64,000 nucleotides of DNA, taken from positions 3,284 through 67,283 of the forward strand of contig JACQOR010000007.1 in the NCBI GenBank assembly GCA_016202435.1, given 5' to 3'. Made by a program: the position numbers and the translations under genes. Every line of letters begins with the position of its first letter. Within the stretch, counting starts at the first letter, position 1. The notes beneath the pieces are model-generated. The model saw only the letters and a list, made by a program, of their open reading frames with translations. It was not told the origin of the DNA and did not search any database. Below, piece after piece: positions 18,729 to 28,552 of the stretch. The DNA comes from Chloroflexota bacterium (GTDB lineage: Bacteria; Chloroflexota; UBA6077; SHYK01).

Positions 18729-19357
18729 GGTGCGCCGGAGCGCGATCCGTGTCGGGCAGCTAACGTCGTCAGCACGAGTCCCCAGGCGGCATCCACCTGC
18801 GCCTCTAACCCCTCCAAAGAGCCATCATTGATCAATACGACGTCAGCCGGACGGCTCTTGTCTCCACCCTCCGGCTGGGCCTGGATCCGTCGCAGAGCGT
18901 CTTCCGCCGAGAGGCCACGGTCCGCCATGAGGCGGCTCTGTCTAACCTCCAAGGGCGCGTCCACGAACCAAACCGCGTCAATTCTTCCGGCCACAGGCTC
19001 TTCAAGCAGCTTGAAGGCCTCGACGACGACGACTTCGGCCAACGATGCCAGGATCCGTTCAACAATAGCCTTTCGTATCGCCGGCACCACGAGGCTTTCA
19101 AGCTCCGCGAGAGCCGCGGCGTCCTGAAACACGATCCGTCCCAACGCGGGGCGGTCGACCGCGCCGTTCGAACCGATCACCGTCGGGCCAAACCGGGTCG
19201 CAACGGCCGTTGTGACATCGGTATTCGGAGCGTACAGCTCATGGCCCACGCGGTCCGCGTCGATCACCTCGGCACCGCGCTCCTCGAGCAATCTTGACAC
19301 CGTGCTTTTTCCAGCCGCAATGTTTCCAATCAGACCTATGACATATCGAGGCGGCAT
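18725..19357 (-). CDS. coaE: Dephospho-CoA kinase
   Basis: GLIGNIAAGKST P-loop in a CoaE-length protein. Confidence 0.9.
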   Translation of the reverse strand: MPPRYVIGLIGNIAAGKSTVSRLLEERGAEVIDADRVGHELYAPNTDVTTAVATRFGPTVIGSNGAVDRPALGRIVFQDAAALAELESLVVPAIRKAIVERILASLAEVVVVEAFKLLEEPVAGRIDAVWFVDAPLEVRQSRLMADRGLSAEDALRRIQAQPEGGDKSRPADVVLINDGSLEGLEAQVDAAWGLVLTTLAARHGSRSGAP

Positions 19358-19432
19358 CTAGACTAGGGCTCCCCACCAGCCGGGCGGCCCCCGGAGGCCT
19401 CCCGGAGCTATGTTATATTTCGCTACCGGAGA

Positions 19433-20299
19433 GTGCCAGAACCTCGGCCGCTGCTATGGGCCGGACCCAGTCGCGGGCATCCGGGAAGGGGCCACGCAAT
19501 AGTTACCTTGAAGACCCCTCGCGAGAATGCCGTTCCGATCAAGACACCGCGAGACTTGGATGCCATGCGCGAGGCGGCACGGCGCCTGAAGCTGCTGATG
19601 AGAGATCTGATCGCTTTCGTCCAGCCCGGCGTCACGGCGAAGGAGATCGACCTATTGGCCGCCAAGCTTTGCAGAGACCTCGAACTCAAGTCTGGCGCCT
19701 ATGGCTACGGCCACGGCAGCAACCGCTTTCCTGGCTACATCTGCGTGTCGATCAACGAAGTCATCGTCCACGGCATCCCAGGACCGCAGAAGCTCCAAGA
19801 GGGCGACATCGTCACACTCGACGTGGCCGCGAGCCACAAGGGCTTCTTCGCTGATACAGCCATCACCATCGCGGTTGGGCAGATTCGTCCCGAGCTGGCG
19901 CAACTGTTGGATGTTTGCAAGCGTGCGTTGTACGAAGGGATTGCCCAGGCCCGATCCGGCAATCGCCTATCGGACGTTTCGCACGCAATCCAGGAATACA
20001 CCGAAGCCCACGACATGAACGTGGTGCGCGCGTTCGTCGGCCACGGGATTGGCCGCTCTATGCACGAGCCACCATCCGTTCCGCACTATGGGCCGCCCGG
20101 GCGCGGGCCCTTCCTGCGACCGGGAATGGTCATCTGTATCGAGCCGCAGATCACACTGGGCTCACCCGACGTCAAGTTCCTGCCCGACGGATGGACGGCC
20201 GTCACGGTCGACGGCAGTCTCTCGGCCCACTTCGAGCATACGGTAGCCGTTACCTCAGGCGAGCCCGAGATCCTCACTGAATTCGAAGCCTGGAATTAG
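19433..20299 (+). CDS. map: Methionine aminopeptidase type I
   Basis: Metal ligands and the FVGHGIGRSMHE motif. True start is probably the in-frame TTG at about 19508 (LKTPRE...). Confidence 0.9.
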   Translation: MPEPRPLLWAGPSRGHPGRGHAIVTLKTPRENAVPIKTPRDLDAMREAARRLKLLMRDLIAFVQPGVTAKEIDLLAAKLCRDLELKSGAYGYGHGSNRFPGYICVSINEVIVHGIPGPQKLQEGDIVTLDVAASHKGFFADTAITIAVGQIRPELAQLLDVCKRALYEGIAQARSGNRLSDVSHAIQEYTEAHDMNVVRAFVGHGIGRSMHEPPSVPHYGPPGRGPFLRPGMVICIEPQITLGSPDVKFLPDGWTAVTVDGSLSAHFEHTVAVTSGEPEILTEFEAWN

Positions 20300-20410
20300 G
20301 CGAAGCCCCACCCGCGGACCTTCCGGCTCGCGGCACCCGAGATGACGCACCGCCGCGCCTTTCCTGGCACCACCCTCCGGGGAAGCGCTTTCTTGTGCGT
20401 GTGCTACTTG

Positions 20411-22033
20411 CTATTCCCAGTCGTCGTGACCGTGCATGTCCATCGCGGGCTGCGGCTCCGGAAGGTCCGTCACTAGGGTCTCGGTGGTCAGAATCATCCC
20501 TGCTGCCGAAGCTGCATTCTCCAGCGCAGCTCGAGTCACTTTCAGCGGGTCGATAATGCCCCGCTCCACCATGTCAACGAACTCGCCCTGGGCCGCGTCG
20601 TAGCCGAGGCGAGGCTGGTCCCGCCGCCGCAACTCACTGATGATCGTCGAGCCTTCCAGCCCGGCATTGGCGGCGATCCGGCGCAGCGGCTCTTCGAGCG
20701 CCCGGCGCAGAATCGCGACCCCCGTCTGCTCATCCGCATTGGAGAGCTTCAGAGTCTCGAGCGCCTTCAGCCCATTGATGAGCGCGACGCCGCCCCCAGG
20801 GACGATGCCCTCTTCGACAGCCGCCCGCGTGGCTGAGAGCGCGTCCTCGACACGATGCTTCTTCTCTTTCAGCTCAACCTCAGTGGCGCCCCCGACTCGG
20901 ATGACGGCCACTCCCCCGGCAAGTTTGGCCAGCCGCTCCTGAAGCTTCTCTTTGTCAAACTCGGAAGTCGTCTGATCGATCTGGGTACGGATCTGCTGCA
21001 TGCGTGCCTGGATTGCCTCGTCCGTCCCCACGCCTTCGATGACCGTGGTGTTGTCTTTGTTCGCAGTGACTTTGCGGGCCCGGCCCAGGTCGGAGATCTC
21101 GGTATTCTCAAGCTTCCGGCCGGCCTCCTCGGTGATGACCCGACCTCCGGTGATCACAGCGAGGTCTTCGAGAATGGCCTTGCGGCGGTCCCCAAAGCCG
21201 GGCGCCTTGACGGCCAGCACGTTCACCGTGCCGCGGAGCTTGTTGACAACCAGAGTCGCGAGTGCCTCGCCATCTACGTCTTCGGCAACGATTGCCAGGT
21301 TCCGGGCCACTGGAAGGAATCGCTCCAGGAAGGGCAGGATATCCGTTATCGCGCTGATCTTCTTGTCGGTGATCAAGATGAAGGGATCATCCAGCACAAC
21401 TTCCATCCGCTCGGAGTTGGTGATGAAGTACGGGCTGATATAACCCCGGTCGAACTGCATGCCCTCGACGTACTCAGTCTCGAACTTCATCGTTCTGGAC
21501 TCTTCAACCGTGATGACTCCGTCCTTGCCGACCTTGTCCATCACATCGGCGATCAGTTCGCCAATCTCCTGGTCCGCAGCGGAAATCGACGCGACCTGGG
21601 CAATCTCGGTCTTGCCCTGGACCGGCAGACTCATCTCCTTTAGCGACGCAACGACCGCTTCGACGCCACGCTCGATGCCCCTTTTCAGTTGCAGCGGGTT
21701 GGCTCCGGCAGCCACGTTGCGAAAGCCCTCGGTGATGATGGCCTGGGCGAGCACCGTCGCCGTGGTGGTCCCGTCGCCCGCGACGTCGTTGGTCTTGGTG
21801 GCGGCCTCTTTCAGCAACTGGACGCCCATATCCTCGAATGGGTCCTCCAGCTGAATCTCGCGCGCGATAGTGACCCCATCATTGGTGATGGTCGGCGGGC
21901 CGAACTTACGGTCCAAGACAACGTTGCGACCCCGGGGACCCAGCGTGATCTTGACCGCGTCCGCGAGGACGTCCATCCCCTTCTTCAATGATGCGCGGGC
22001 TTGCTCGCTGTAAAGCAGTTGCTTCTTCGGCAT
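20411..22033 (-). CDS. groL: Chaperonin GroEL
   Basis: 540 aa, conserved throughout ([18 protein letters not shown]). Unusual C-terminus [12 protein letters not shown] in place of GGM repeats. Confidence 0.97.
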   Translation of the reverse strand: MPKKQLLYSEQARASLKKGMDVLADAVKITLGPRGRNVVLDRKFGPPTITNDGVTIAREIQLEDPFEDMGVQLLKEAATKTNDVAGDGTTTATVLAQAIITEGFRNVAAGANPLQLKRGIERGVEAVVASLKEMSLPVQGKTEIAQVASISAADQEIGELIADVMDKVGKDGVITVEESRTMKFETEYVEGMQFDRGYISPYFITNSERMEVVLDDPFILITDKKISAITDILPFLERFLPVARNLAIVAEDVDGEALATLVVNKLRGTVNVLAVKAPGFGDRRKAILEDLAVITGGRVITEEAGRKLENTEISDLGRARKVTANKDNTTVIEGVGTDEAIQARMQQIRTQIDQTTSEFDKEKLQERLAKLAGGVAVIRVGGATEVELKEKKHRVEDALSATRAAVEEGIVPGGGVALINGLKALETLKLSNADEQTGVAILRRALEEPLRRIAANAGLEGSTIISELRRRDQPRLGYDAAQGEFVDMVERGIIDPLKVTRAALENAASAAGMILTTETLVTDLPEPQPAMDMHGHDDWE

Positions 22034-22051
22034 CTACCCTTCTCCCACTCC

Positions 22052-22348
22052 CTAGTTTGCGAGCACCGCGAGAATGTCGCGCTCGCTAAGAATCAGCATC
22101 TCGTCGTCCTCGAGTTTGAACTCGGTACCAGCATATCGGGCATACACGACGCGGTCACCCTGTTTGAGCTCCATGGGGATCCGCTGTCCAGTGTCCAGTA
22201 CGCGGCCGGGACCCACGGCGAGCACTTCGCCCTCCTGAGGCTTCTCCTGGGCAGTGTCCGGAAGCACGATTCCGCTCTTGGTTACCTCTTCTCGGGTCAG
22301 CGGCTTCACAACGACGCGATCGCCCAATGGGGTTAGAGACTTGGCCAC
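22052..22348 (-). CDS. groS: Co-chaperonin GroES
   Basis: GTG start at 22348 (VAKSLTPLGDRVVVKP...). The ORF-track N-terminal extension is unlikely to be translated. Confidence 0.93.
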   Translation of the reverse strand: MAKSLTPLGDRVVVKPLTREEVTKSGIVLPDTAQEKPQEGEVLAVGPGRVLDTGQRIPMELKQGDRVVYARYAGTEFKLEDDEMLILSERDILAVLAN

Positions 22349-22426
22349 AGCGCACCCTCCGTCGACATTGTCGTATTTGAGTCCAACCAGGCCGGGCGAG
22401 CCCATGCCAATCGAGTTTCAGCCATT

Positions 22427-22453
22427 TTAGCACTCGCACTGCCAGAGTGCTAA
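22427..22453. promoter_or_regulatory. CIRCE operator (HrcA binding site) upstream of groES-groEL
   Basis: Exact consensus TTAGCACTC-N9-GAGTGCTAA. Confidence 0.9.
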
Positions 22454-22470
22454 GAAGGGTCGGCGAGGGG

Positions 22471-24048
22471 TCAGTTTAGCAGGGCTCGCGGATTCTCAGT
22501 CCGGAAGTACCACTCTGCGACGTGCTGTAGCCGGGCTCCCGGCTCAGGCACTATGCCCATTCGTACCCCACGTACGCTGGACCCCATCACATAGGTCATC
22601 ACCGGATGGGCCACCGCGATGCTTGGCACCTCGTCAACCCAGAGGCGTTGAAAGGCCTCCAGCAACGCCCGCCGGTGGCCGGGATCGCCATCGAGCCGAG
22701 CGCCCTCGACCAGGCGGTCGGCTTCGCCGCTGCTGTACGAGGCAAAATTGAAGCCGGCGCTGGAGTGCCACCACGGGTAGGGATCGGGATCGACCGATCC
22801 GAAAGCGACCCCGATCAGCGCCAGGTCGAACCTTCGCCGGATTAGCTGCTCCCGATACAGGTCAAGGTCGTTTGCCGGCCCGAGCGCTACCTGAATCCCC
22901 AGCGTTTGGAGCTGGGCCCGAATCTCTTCGGCGAGGGAAGTCAGCCGAGGGTCCACAGGCACCGAGAGCTGCAGGCGCAAAGCCCGCAAGCTCTGAAAAC
23001 GGGGGCCAGGGCCCAGCCACCCCGCCAGATCCAGCAGGGTCCGCGCGCCGGAGGGATGAGACGCGGTCTCCACCAACGGGGTATAGGCCCAGGAGTAGGA
23101 GGGGACAGGACCGTGCGCCGGTATTGCTTCGCCCGGAAGTGCACCGGCGATGGCCTGCTCCCGATCAATTCCCAACGCGATCGCTTGCCGCACGCGTCGA
23201 TCTGCGAGGATGGGATTCCGGTGGTTGAGGAGGAGAATCACCTGCTCTCCCAACAGCGGCACCGCGTGAACCACGAACCGTTCTCCATCGAGGCCGCTGA
23301 GCTGAGACCGCCTCAGTCCGGCCAGCCCGTCAACCAGTCCTGCGTCGAGGGCGGCTCCAGCTGACGGCAGATCTGCGAAGAAGCGCAGAACCACTTCGTC
23401 CAGCTGCGGTTCCGGTCCTTGATAGCCCGTGTGGCGAAGCATTCGAACGCCCTGGGGCGTCACCTCCTGCACGCGAAACGGGCCGGCACCTATGGGCAAA
23501 TAGCTCGCCGGGTGCTCGCGAAGGTTCGCAGCTTCCGTTGAAGAGAACACGTGGCTGGGAAGCAGCGGTACAGAGCAAGCTTCGACAAAAGAGGAATACG
23601 GTTGATCTAGCTGGAGACGAACGGTGCGCTCGTCAATCCGGTCGGCCCGGACACGGCGCCACAGTGCGCCAAGCTCCGAGGGACCAGGGTATTCCGGCGC
23701 CTGGAGGATCGCGATCGTCGTCAGTACATCGTCGGCGATGACCGGTCGTCCGTCGTGCCACAGTGCACCCTCCCGAAGATGAAAGACGTAAGTCAGCCCG
23801 CCGTCGCCTGTCTGCCAGCGATCCGCGAGATCCCCTTGAATCTCGCCCGCGTCGGTTACGCGAACCAGCCCCGCGAACGCGAGTCGGGCAACGTCCCTGG
23901 CAATCGGATCCTGAGGATCGAGTAGGGGATTGAGTGAAAGGGGCTGTCCGACAACCCCTTCGCGATAGATGCCGCCGACAACGGGACGTTCTTCGCCCCC
24001 TGTGGCGGTGCAGGCCGCGAGCACGCCCAGAAGGCTCACCACGACCAT
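22471..24048 (-). CDS. ABC transporter substrate-binding lipoprotein, family 5, orphan (third copy)
   Basis: ATG at 24048 (MVVVSLLGVLAAC...). Lipobox LAAC. SBP_bac_5 fold. Confidence 0.85.
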   Translation of the reverse strand: MVVVSLLGVLAACTATGGEERPVVGGIYREGVVGQPLSLNPLLDPQDPIARDVARLAFAGLVRVTDAGEIQGDLADRWQTGDGGLTYVFHLREGALWHDGRPVIADDVLTTIAILQAPEYPGPSELGALWRRVRADRIDERTVRLQLDQPYSSFVEACSVPLLPSHVFSSTEAANLREHPASYLPIGAGPFRVQEVTPQGVRMLRHTGYQGPEPQLDEVVLRFFADLPSAGAALDAGLVDGLAGLRRSQLSGLDGERFVVHAVPLLGEQVILLLNHRNPILADRRVRQAIALGIDREQAIAGALPGEAIPAHGPVPSYSWAYTPLVETASHPSGARTLLDLAGWLGPGPRFQSLRALRLQLSVPVDPRLTSLAEEIRAQLQTLGIQVALGPANDLDLYREQLIRRRFDLALIGVAFGSVDPDPYPWWHSSAGFNFASYSSGEADRLVEGARLDGDPGHRRALLEAFQRLWVDEVPSIAVAHPVMTYVMGSSVRGVRMGIVPEPGARLQHVAEWYFRTENPRALLN

Positions 24049-24229
24049 CAGGACATTGAGCGTACATCCCTGCCGGAAGTTCCAGCGCTCGTGAGCTGCG
24101 GTGCGGCTGAACTTGCGCGGACTGCCGGACGCGGAGGGGTCAGATGAGACTGCTAGCAACCTCGTCGGACTGCGTGGCGGATCGCCGTCCGGGCAGGCCC
24201 CGGTGCGCTGGTGTCGTTGGCTGCTGCGG

Positions 24230-24466
24230 CTAGAGCTGCAAACGGACGACGAACACGCTCGTAATCGCCAGAACGACGAACACGACGGCCAAGCCAATGG
24301 TGAACTGGAAGAGAATCAGTTCGAAGCCACGACGCGTGCGAAAGATCGAGCTATCCGAACTGAATCCCGCCGCGAAACCGGTCCCTCGCGACTGCAAGAG
24401 CACGACGATGATCAAGGCGATGGAAACAATGATTTGAGCGACATTCAGATATGGAAGAAGCGGCAC
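24230..24466 (-). CDS. secG: Preprotein translocase subunit SecG
   Basis: GTG start with GGAGGAGGAG RBS. Two TM helices and the LLQ..RG.G..AGFSS signature (LLQSRGTGFAAGFSS). Confidence 0.8.
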   Translation of the reverse strand: MPLLPYLNVAQIIVSIALIIVVLLQSRGTGFAAGFSSDSSIFRTRRGFELILFQFTIGLAVVFVVLAITSVFVVRLQL

Positions 24467-24608
24467 TCGACTCTCCTCCTCCGTCGATTGTACCAGGCAT
24501 GCGACATCCAGTTGCCGCAAGTTCTGACGCCAGTCGGGCAGCGTCGGAACCCCCGAACGCCCCGCGTACGTCTCCGCTTCCACACCCGTCCGGAATAGCT
24601 AGAACGGT

Positions 24609-25898
24609 CTAGAGTGGGGTAGAAGGTTGCCTCGCTGCGAGGCGAACGAGAACCTGGGCGAGCTTGGTTGCGTCATGACGAACGGCGTTTGACTCGTCGA
24701 CGACGTCGGCCACAATCAGTCGCCCGTTCAAGCCTCTCGCGTCCGGCGCCACCGGTGCCACCTTCCCACTCGCCGGCATGGGAAGACCAATGTGGTCGTT
24801 GACCACCACGTAATCGAAGGGGTTCTCGCCGTGAGGCAAATGTCGGAGCAGCGCAGCGATGTGATCCGAGATACCGAAGCCGTCCGTTTCCCCTGGTTGG
24901 GTGGCTACGTTGCACACGTAAACCTTCACCGCCTGGCTAGTCTGTAGCGCGTCGGCGATCCCCCGAACGAGCAGGTTCGGGAGGACACTCGTAAAGAGGC
25001 TTCCAGGACCGACAACCACCAAATCGGCCTCATGGATCGCCTTGACGGCCTCGGGATATGCGGGCGGGTTGTCCGGCTGGAGGAACACTCGCTGGATCGG
25101 CCGGGTACTAGCCGATACTTTCGTCTCTCCTTGGACGACTTCGTCGCCGAGCTCGGCGCAGAGCGTCAAGTCTCCCAGTGTTGACGGCACCACTTGACCG
25201 CGCACCGCCAGTACACGGCTCGCTTCCTGCAGCGCTCGCTCGAAGTTACCAGTGACCTCACTCATGGCGACGATGAAGAGGTTGCCAAAGCTGTGGCCGT
25301 CCAGCTCCGGCGAGCCGCTGTTGAAGCGATACTGGAACAGCGTCTCCATCAACGGCTCAACGTCTGCCAGGGCAACCAGGCAGTTGCGAAAGTCGCCCGG
25401 CGGCAGTACGCCGAGATCACGCCGCAAACGACCAGAACTGCCACCGTCGTCGGCGACCGTCACGATCGCGGTGAGGTGGCTCGTGTGCTCCTTGAGACCT
25501 CGAAGCGCCACACTCAGTCCGGTCCCGCCTCCGATGACCACGATCTTGGGGCCCCGGTCCCGGGCCTGAGTCGAGAAGATCTCTTCCAGCAGGCTCCCCC
25601 GTCCTCGGCGCACAAAGGCCCCGGCGAAGGTTTCGTTAAGCTTGAAAAGACCGAGCCCCATAGCCCCTAGGCCCAGGACAAGAAAGATCCCACCTCGAAT
25701 CGGCCGATCGATGAACTGTAGGGTTAGAGGCGCTGCCAGTTCAGGGAGCGGCTGCGCCCGGTAGAGGTGCACGAACAAGTAGGCTATGCCGAGGCTCACG
25801 AAAATGAGCCCCAGCATGCTTAGGAGCATCCACCGTTTGATGTGCAGGCCAGGCTGGAAGAACTTGAACACAGCGGCCCAATTCGTGGGCTCCATCAC
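24609..25898 (-). CDS. Gluconeogenesis factor YvcK / UPF0052 (CofD-like) family protein with N-terminal two-helix membrane anchor
   Basis: IVVIGGGTGLSVALRGLK motif and CofD-like fold length, plus about 100 extra N-terminal residues with two hydrophobic helices. Confidence 0.85.
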   Translation of the reverse strand: MMEPTNWAAVFKFFQPGLHIKRWMLLSMLGLIFVSLGIAYLFVHLYRAQPLPELAAPLTLQFIDRPIRGGIFLVLGLGAMGLGLFKLNETFAGAFVRRGRGSLLEEIFSTQARDRGPKIVVIGGGTGLSVALRGLKEHTSHLTAIVTVADDGGSSGRLRRDLGVLPPGDFRNCLVALADVEPLMETLFQYRFNSGSPELDGHSFGNLFIVAMSEVTGNFERALQEASRVLAVRGQVVPSTLGDLTLCAELGDEVVQGETKVSASTRPIQRVFLQPDNPPAYPEAVKAIHEADLVVVGPGSLFTSVLPNLLVRGIADALQTSQAVKVYVCNVATQPGETDGFGISDHIAALLRHLPHGENPFDYVVVNDHIGLPMPASGKVAPVAPDARGLNGRLIVADVVDESNAVRHDATKLAQVLVRLAARQPSTPL

Positions 25899-26120
25899 AG
25901 CGTCGCTCCGAGCAAGCAGCTCCTTGCGCAGGTCAAGAGGCCGAGCCAGCCTATTCTACTGGAGGCACAACGCCGGAAAGCCCCTGAGCCCCTCTGCCGA
26001 GCCAGACTTGCGCCGCTTTTCGAATAAGGGCCATCGGTTAGACTTATTGGGCTCATCGCCGGACGCTGCGCCTTCCGACACCGGCATGCCTCGGCGAAGG
26101 GGCGTTCCCCTAGGACCTTC

Positions 26121-27389
26121 ATGCCGCAGGCCCCGCGCCGGCTCGCCCGCCGCACCTCTGAGCGCGCCCCTTGGCCCTTCTGGTGGGCAGCGATTGGCAT
26201 CGGCCTCGCTGGCCTGGTTCTCGTGGCTCGTAATCTCTCTGTTTCACCTTTTCTAGCCCAAGAGCCACGCCCGGTTCCGACACCACTAGTGGGACTACTG
26301 ACGCAGCCCTTCGGGACCCCCGGCGCGATCATCGCGCCTATGGGGGCAACATCCACTCCAGAGATCACTGCTACTCCATCTGCCACGCCACCACCGATGG
26401 CGACCCCCATCACGGTACCCGTATCGAGCCGCTTCAGCCCCACCGCCTGGCAGCCCGATCCTGAGCTCACAGCCCAGGTCGTCTCCATCCTGAGTGGTCT
26501 GTCGGGGCGGATCGGCATCGCCATCAAGGACCTTCACACAGGGAGGGGGGTTCTCATCGATCCGGACAGTACGTTTCCGGCCGCTAGTGTCTTCAAAGTG
26601 GAAGTCATGTACGAAGTGTTCAAACAGAGAGCACTGGGTGCCCTTGATTTCGATGAGTCGCTCACCCTCACTGAACGCCACGCCGCTTACGACCTGGGGA
26701 CGCTCGACCGGCCCGTGGGGGCCGCGATACGAGTCGGCGAAGCGCTGGAACGCATGATCACAATCAGCGACAACAGCTCAGCCCTGCTGCTCACGGACCG
26801 GGTAGGGGCACTCAACATCAACCGGGACCTGGCAGGCTTGGGTTTTTCCCACACTCGCTTCATCGAGACGGATCTCGTAACGTCGCCTTACGACATGCTG
26901 TCCTTCATGGAGATGCTCGGGCGTGGTCAGGGCGTATCGCTTGAAGCCAGCCAAGAGATGCTTCAACTCATGGCTCGCCAGCGCATCAATGACCGCATCC
27001 CGAGGCTCCTGCCCGGCGGGATCTCTGTGGCGCACAAGACTGGCAACCTGCCAGGAGTCGTGAATGACGTTGGCCTGGTGTCATCACCCGAAACAACTTT
27101 CGCTATCGCGGTGTTCATTGCGGACACGCCAACTGAGGCCCTCGCCGCGCAGGCGATCGCCGAGATCTCGGCGGCCGCCTATCGCCACTTCCGCAGTGTG
27201 CAGCCCACGGCTTCCCCGTCACCGACACCCGCCCCCACGGCACCGGACGCCGGGACTCCACCGCCGGCTCCCGCCCTAGTGGCAACGGGGACGCCCACCC
27301 CGGGCACACGCACCACAGCGCCCACTGGAACACCGGGCGCCACCTCGACCGTGGGCCCGACGATCACCGCAACGCCGCCTAACGCGTAG
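26121..27389 (+). CDS. Class A beta-lactamase-like serine hydrolase, membrane-anchored, with Pro/Thr/Ala-rich N- and C-terminal linkers
   Basis: SxxK (SVFK), SDN (ISDNSSA) and KTG (HKTGN) motifs. N-terminal TM helix. PT-rich tail of about 70 aa. Confidence 0.75.
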   Translation: MPQAPRRLARRTSERAPWPFWWAAIGIGLAGLVLVARNLSVSPFLAQEPRPVPTPLVGLLTQPFGTPGAIIAPMGATSTPEITATPSATPPPMATPITVPVSSRFSPTAWQPDPELTAQVVSILSGLSGRIGIAIKDLHTGRGVLIDPDSTFPAASVFKVEVMYEVFKQRALGALDFDESLTLTERHAAYDLGTLDRPVGAAIRVGEALERMITISDNSSALLLTDRVGALNINRDLAGLGFSHTRFIETDLVTSPYDMLSFMEMLGRGQGVSLEASQEMLQLMARQRINDRIPRLLPGGISVAHKTGNLPGVVNDVGLVSSPETTFAIAVFIADTPTEALAAQAIAEISAAAYRHFRSVQPTASPSPTPAPTAPDAGTPPPAPALVATGTPTPGTRTTAPTGTPGATSTVGPTITATPPNA

Positions 27390-27466
27390 CATTGCCCGCA
27401 GTGCGGTTCAATTCCGGCCGGCTTCGGAGGCCGCCCCCAACTCAATTGGAGCGGGGGGCCTCTCCG

Positions 27467-28465
27467 CTAGCTTTCTTCTCCGACCTCGCGAGCAAGGAGC
27501 TGGCGCAGTGCCTCCCGTGGCGCCAGCTCTTCGAACAGGACTCGACACACACCCTCGCAGATCGGCATTTCGACCCCCACGTCCCTGGCAATCTTCGAAA
27601 TGCCGCGGGCGGCTGGAACTCCCTCGATGACCATCGGCGTGCTCGCCGTTACCTCGGATAGCCGTCGGCCGCGGCCGATCTGCTCGCCGGCCCAGCGGTT
27701 GCGGCTGTGCCCGCTCGTGCACGTGGCCACGACATCGCCCACGCCCGCGAGCCCCGCTACCGTGGAGAGCGATCCCCCGTAACGCTCAACCAGCCGCCAC
27801 ATCTCAGCGAGTCCGCGGGTGATCAGCGCCGCTTTACTATTGTCACCATAACCCAGGCCATCGCCGACGCCGGCGGCGATGGCCAGCACGTTCTTCGCGG
27901 CACTACACAGCTCGACGCCGGTGACGTCAGTGTTTGTGTACACCCGGAAGGTGCTACTGTTGAAGAGATCCTGCAACCGCGCGCCGCGGTCGGGGTCCTC
28001 ACAAGCGATGACCGCCGCAGCTGGCAGTTCCCGCGCCACCTCCTCAGCGTGGTTCGGCCCCGCAAGGACGCCCACTCGGCTACCGATCTTCTCGCCAAGC
28101 GCTTCGCGGATCACTTCCGAAGGCCGCGCGTAGCCCGTCGGAGCCAGGCCTTTTGTGCCATGCGCGAGCAGGGTCTCGGGACCGATCAGCGGCCTCAACT
28201 CCCTGCAGATATCGGACATGAAACCCGCGATCACGGCGAGCACGACGGCATCCGCTCCCAGCAAGGCCTGCTCTATATCGCTGGTAATCTTCACCGTTGG
28301 GGGAATCGGGACTCCCGGTAGGTAAGCCCGATTTTCACGGTCTGCCAAAAGCTGTTGCGCCTGCTCGGGACGCCGGGCCCAGAGCGAAACCGCGTGGCCC
28401 TGGTTTGCCAGCTTCACCGCCAAGGCGGTGCCCCATCCCCCGGCGTTGACCACACCCACACGCAT
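27467..28465 (-). CDS. gpsA: NAD(P)H-dependent glycerol-3-phosphate dehydrogenase
   Basis: GAGGWGTALA Rossmann motif and GpsA length. Confidence 0.92.
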   Translation of the reverse strand: MRVGVVNAGGWGTALAVKLANQGHAVSLWARRPEQAQQLLADRENRAYLPGVPIPPTVKITSDIEQALLGADAVVLAVIAGFMSDICRELRPLIGPETLLAHGTKGLAPTGYARPSEVIREALGEKIGSRVGVLAGPNHAEEVARELPAAAVIACEDPDRGARLQDLFNSSTFRVYTNTDVTGVELCSAAKNVLAIAAGVGDGLGYGDNSKAALITRGLAEMWRLVERYGGSLSTVAGLAGVGDVVATCTSGHSRNRWAGEQIGRGRRLSEVTASTPMVIEGVPAARGISKIARDVGVEMPICEGVCRVLFEELAPREALRQLLAREVGEES

Positions 28466-28552
28466 GCTGCCCTCCCACCAGTCGGCCCAGGATATCAGAG
28501 GTGAGACGGGAGTGCCTCGCCCTCGGGCAGCTTAGCCTCCCGGTCACAGGGG

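Noticed and set aside
20300-20410. Imperfect inverted repeat GCGCCTTTCC...GGAAGCGC between convergent map and groEL
   Set aside because: Probably an ordinary bidirectional terminator. Not similar to the 9443/51287 element.
8102-21643. Other long antisense or alternate-frame ORFs (8102..8977, 10017..10637, 10877..11626, 14420..15034, 15472..16509, 20855..21643, 58412..60010, 52780..53949)
   Set aside because: Each lies opposite or out of frame to a gene with clear family signatures and has Arg/Ala/Pro-biased composition. No independent support.
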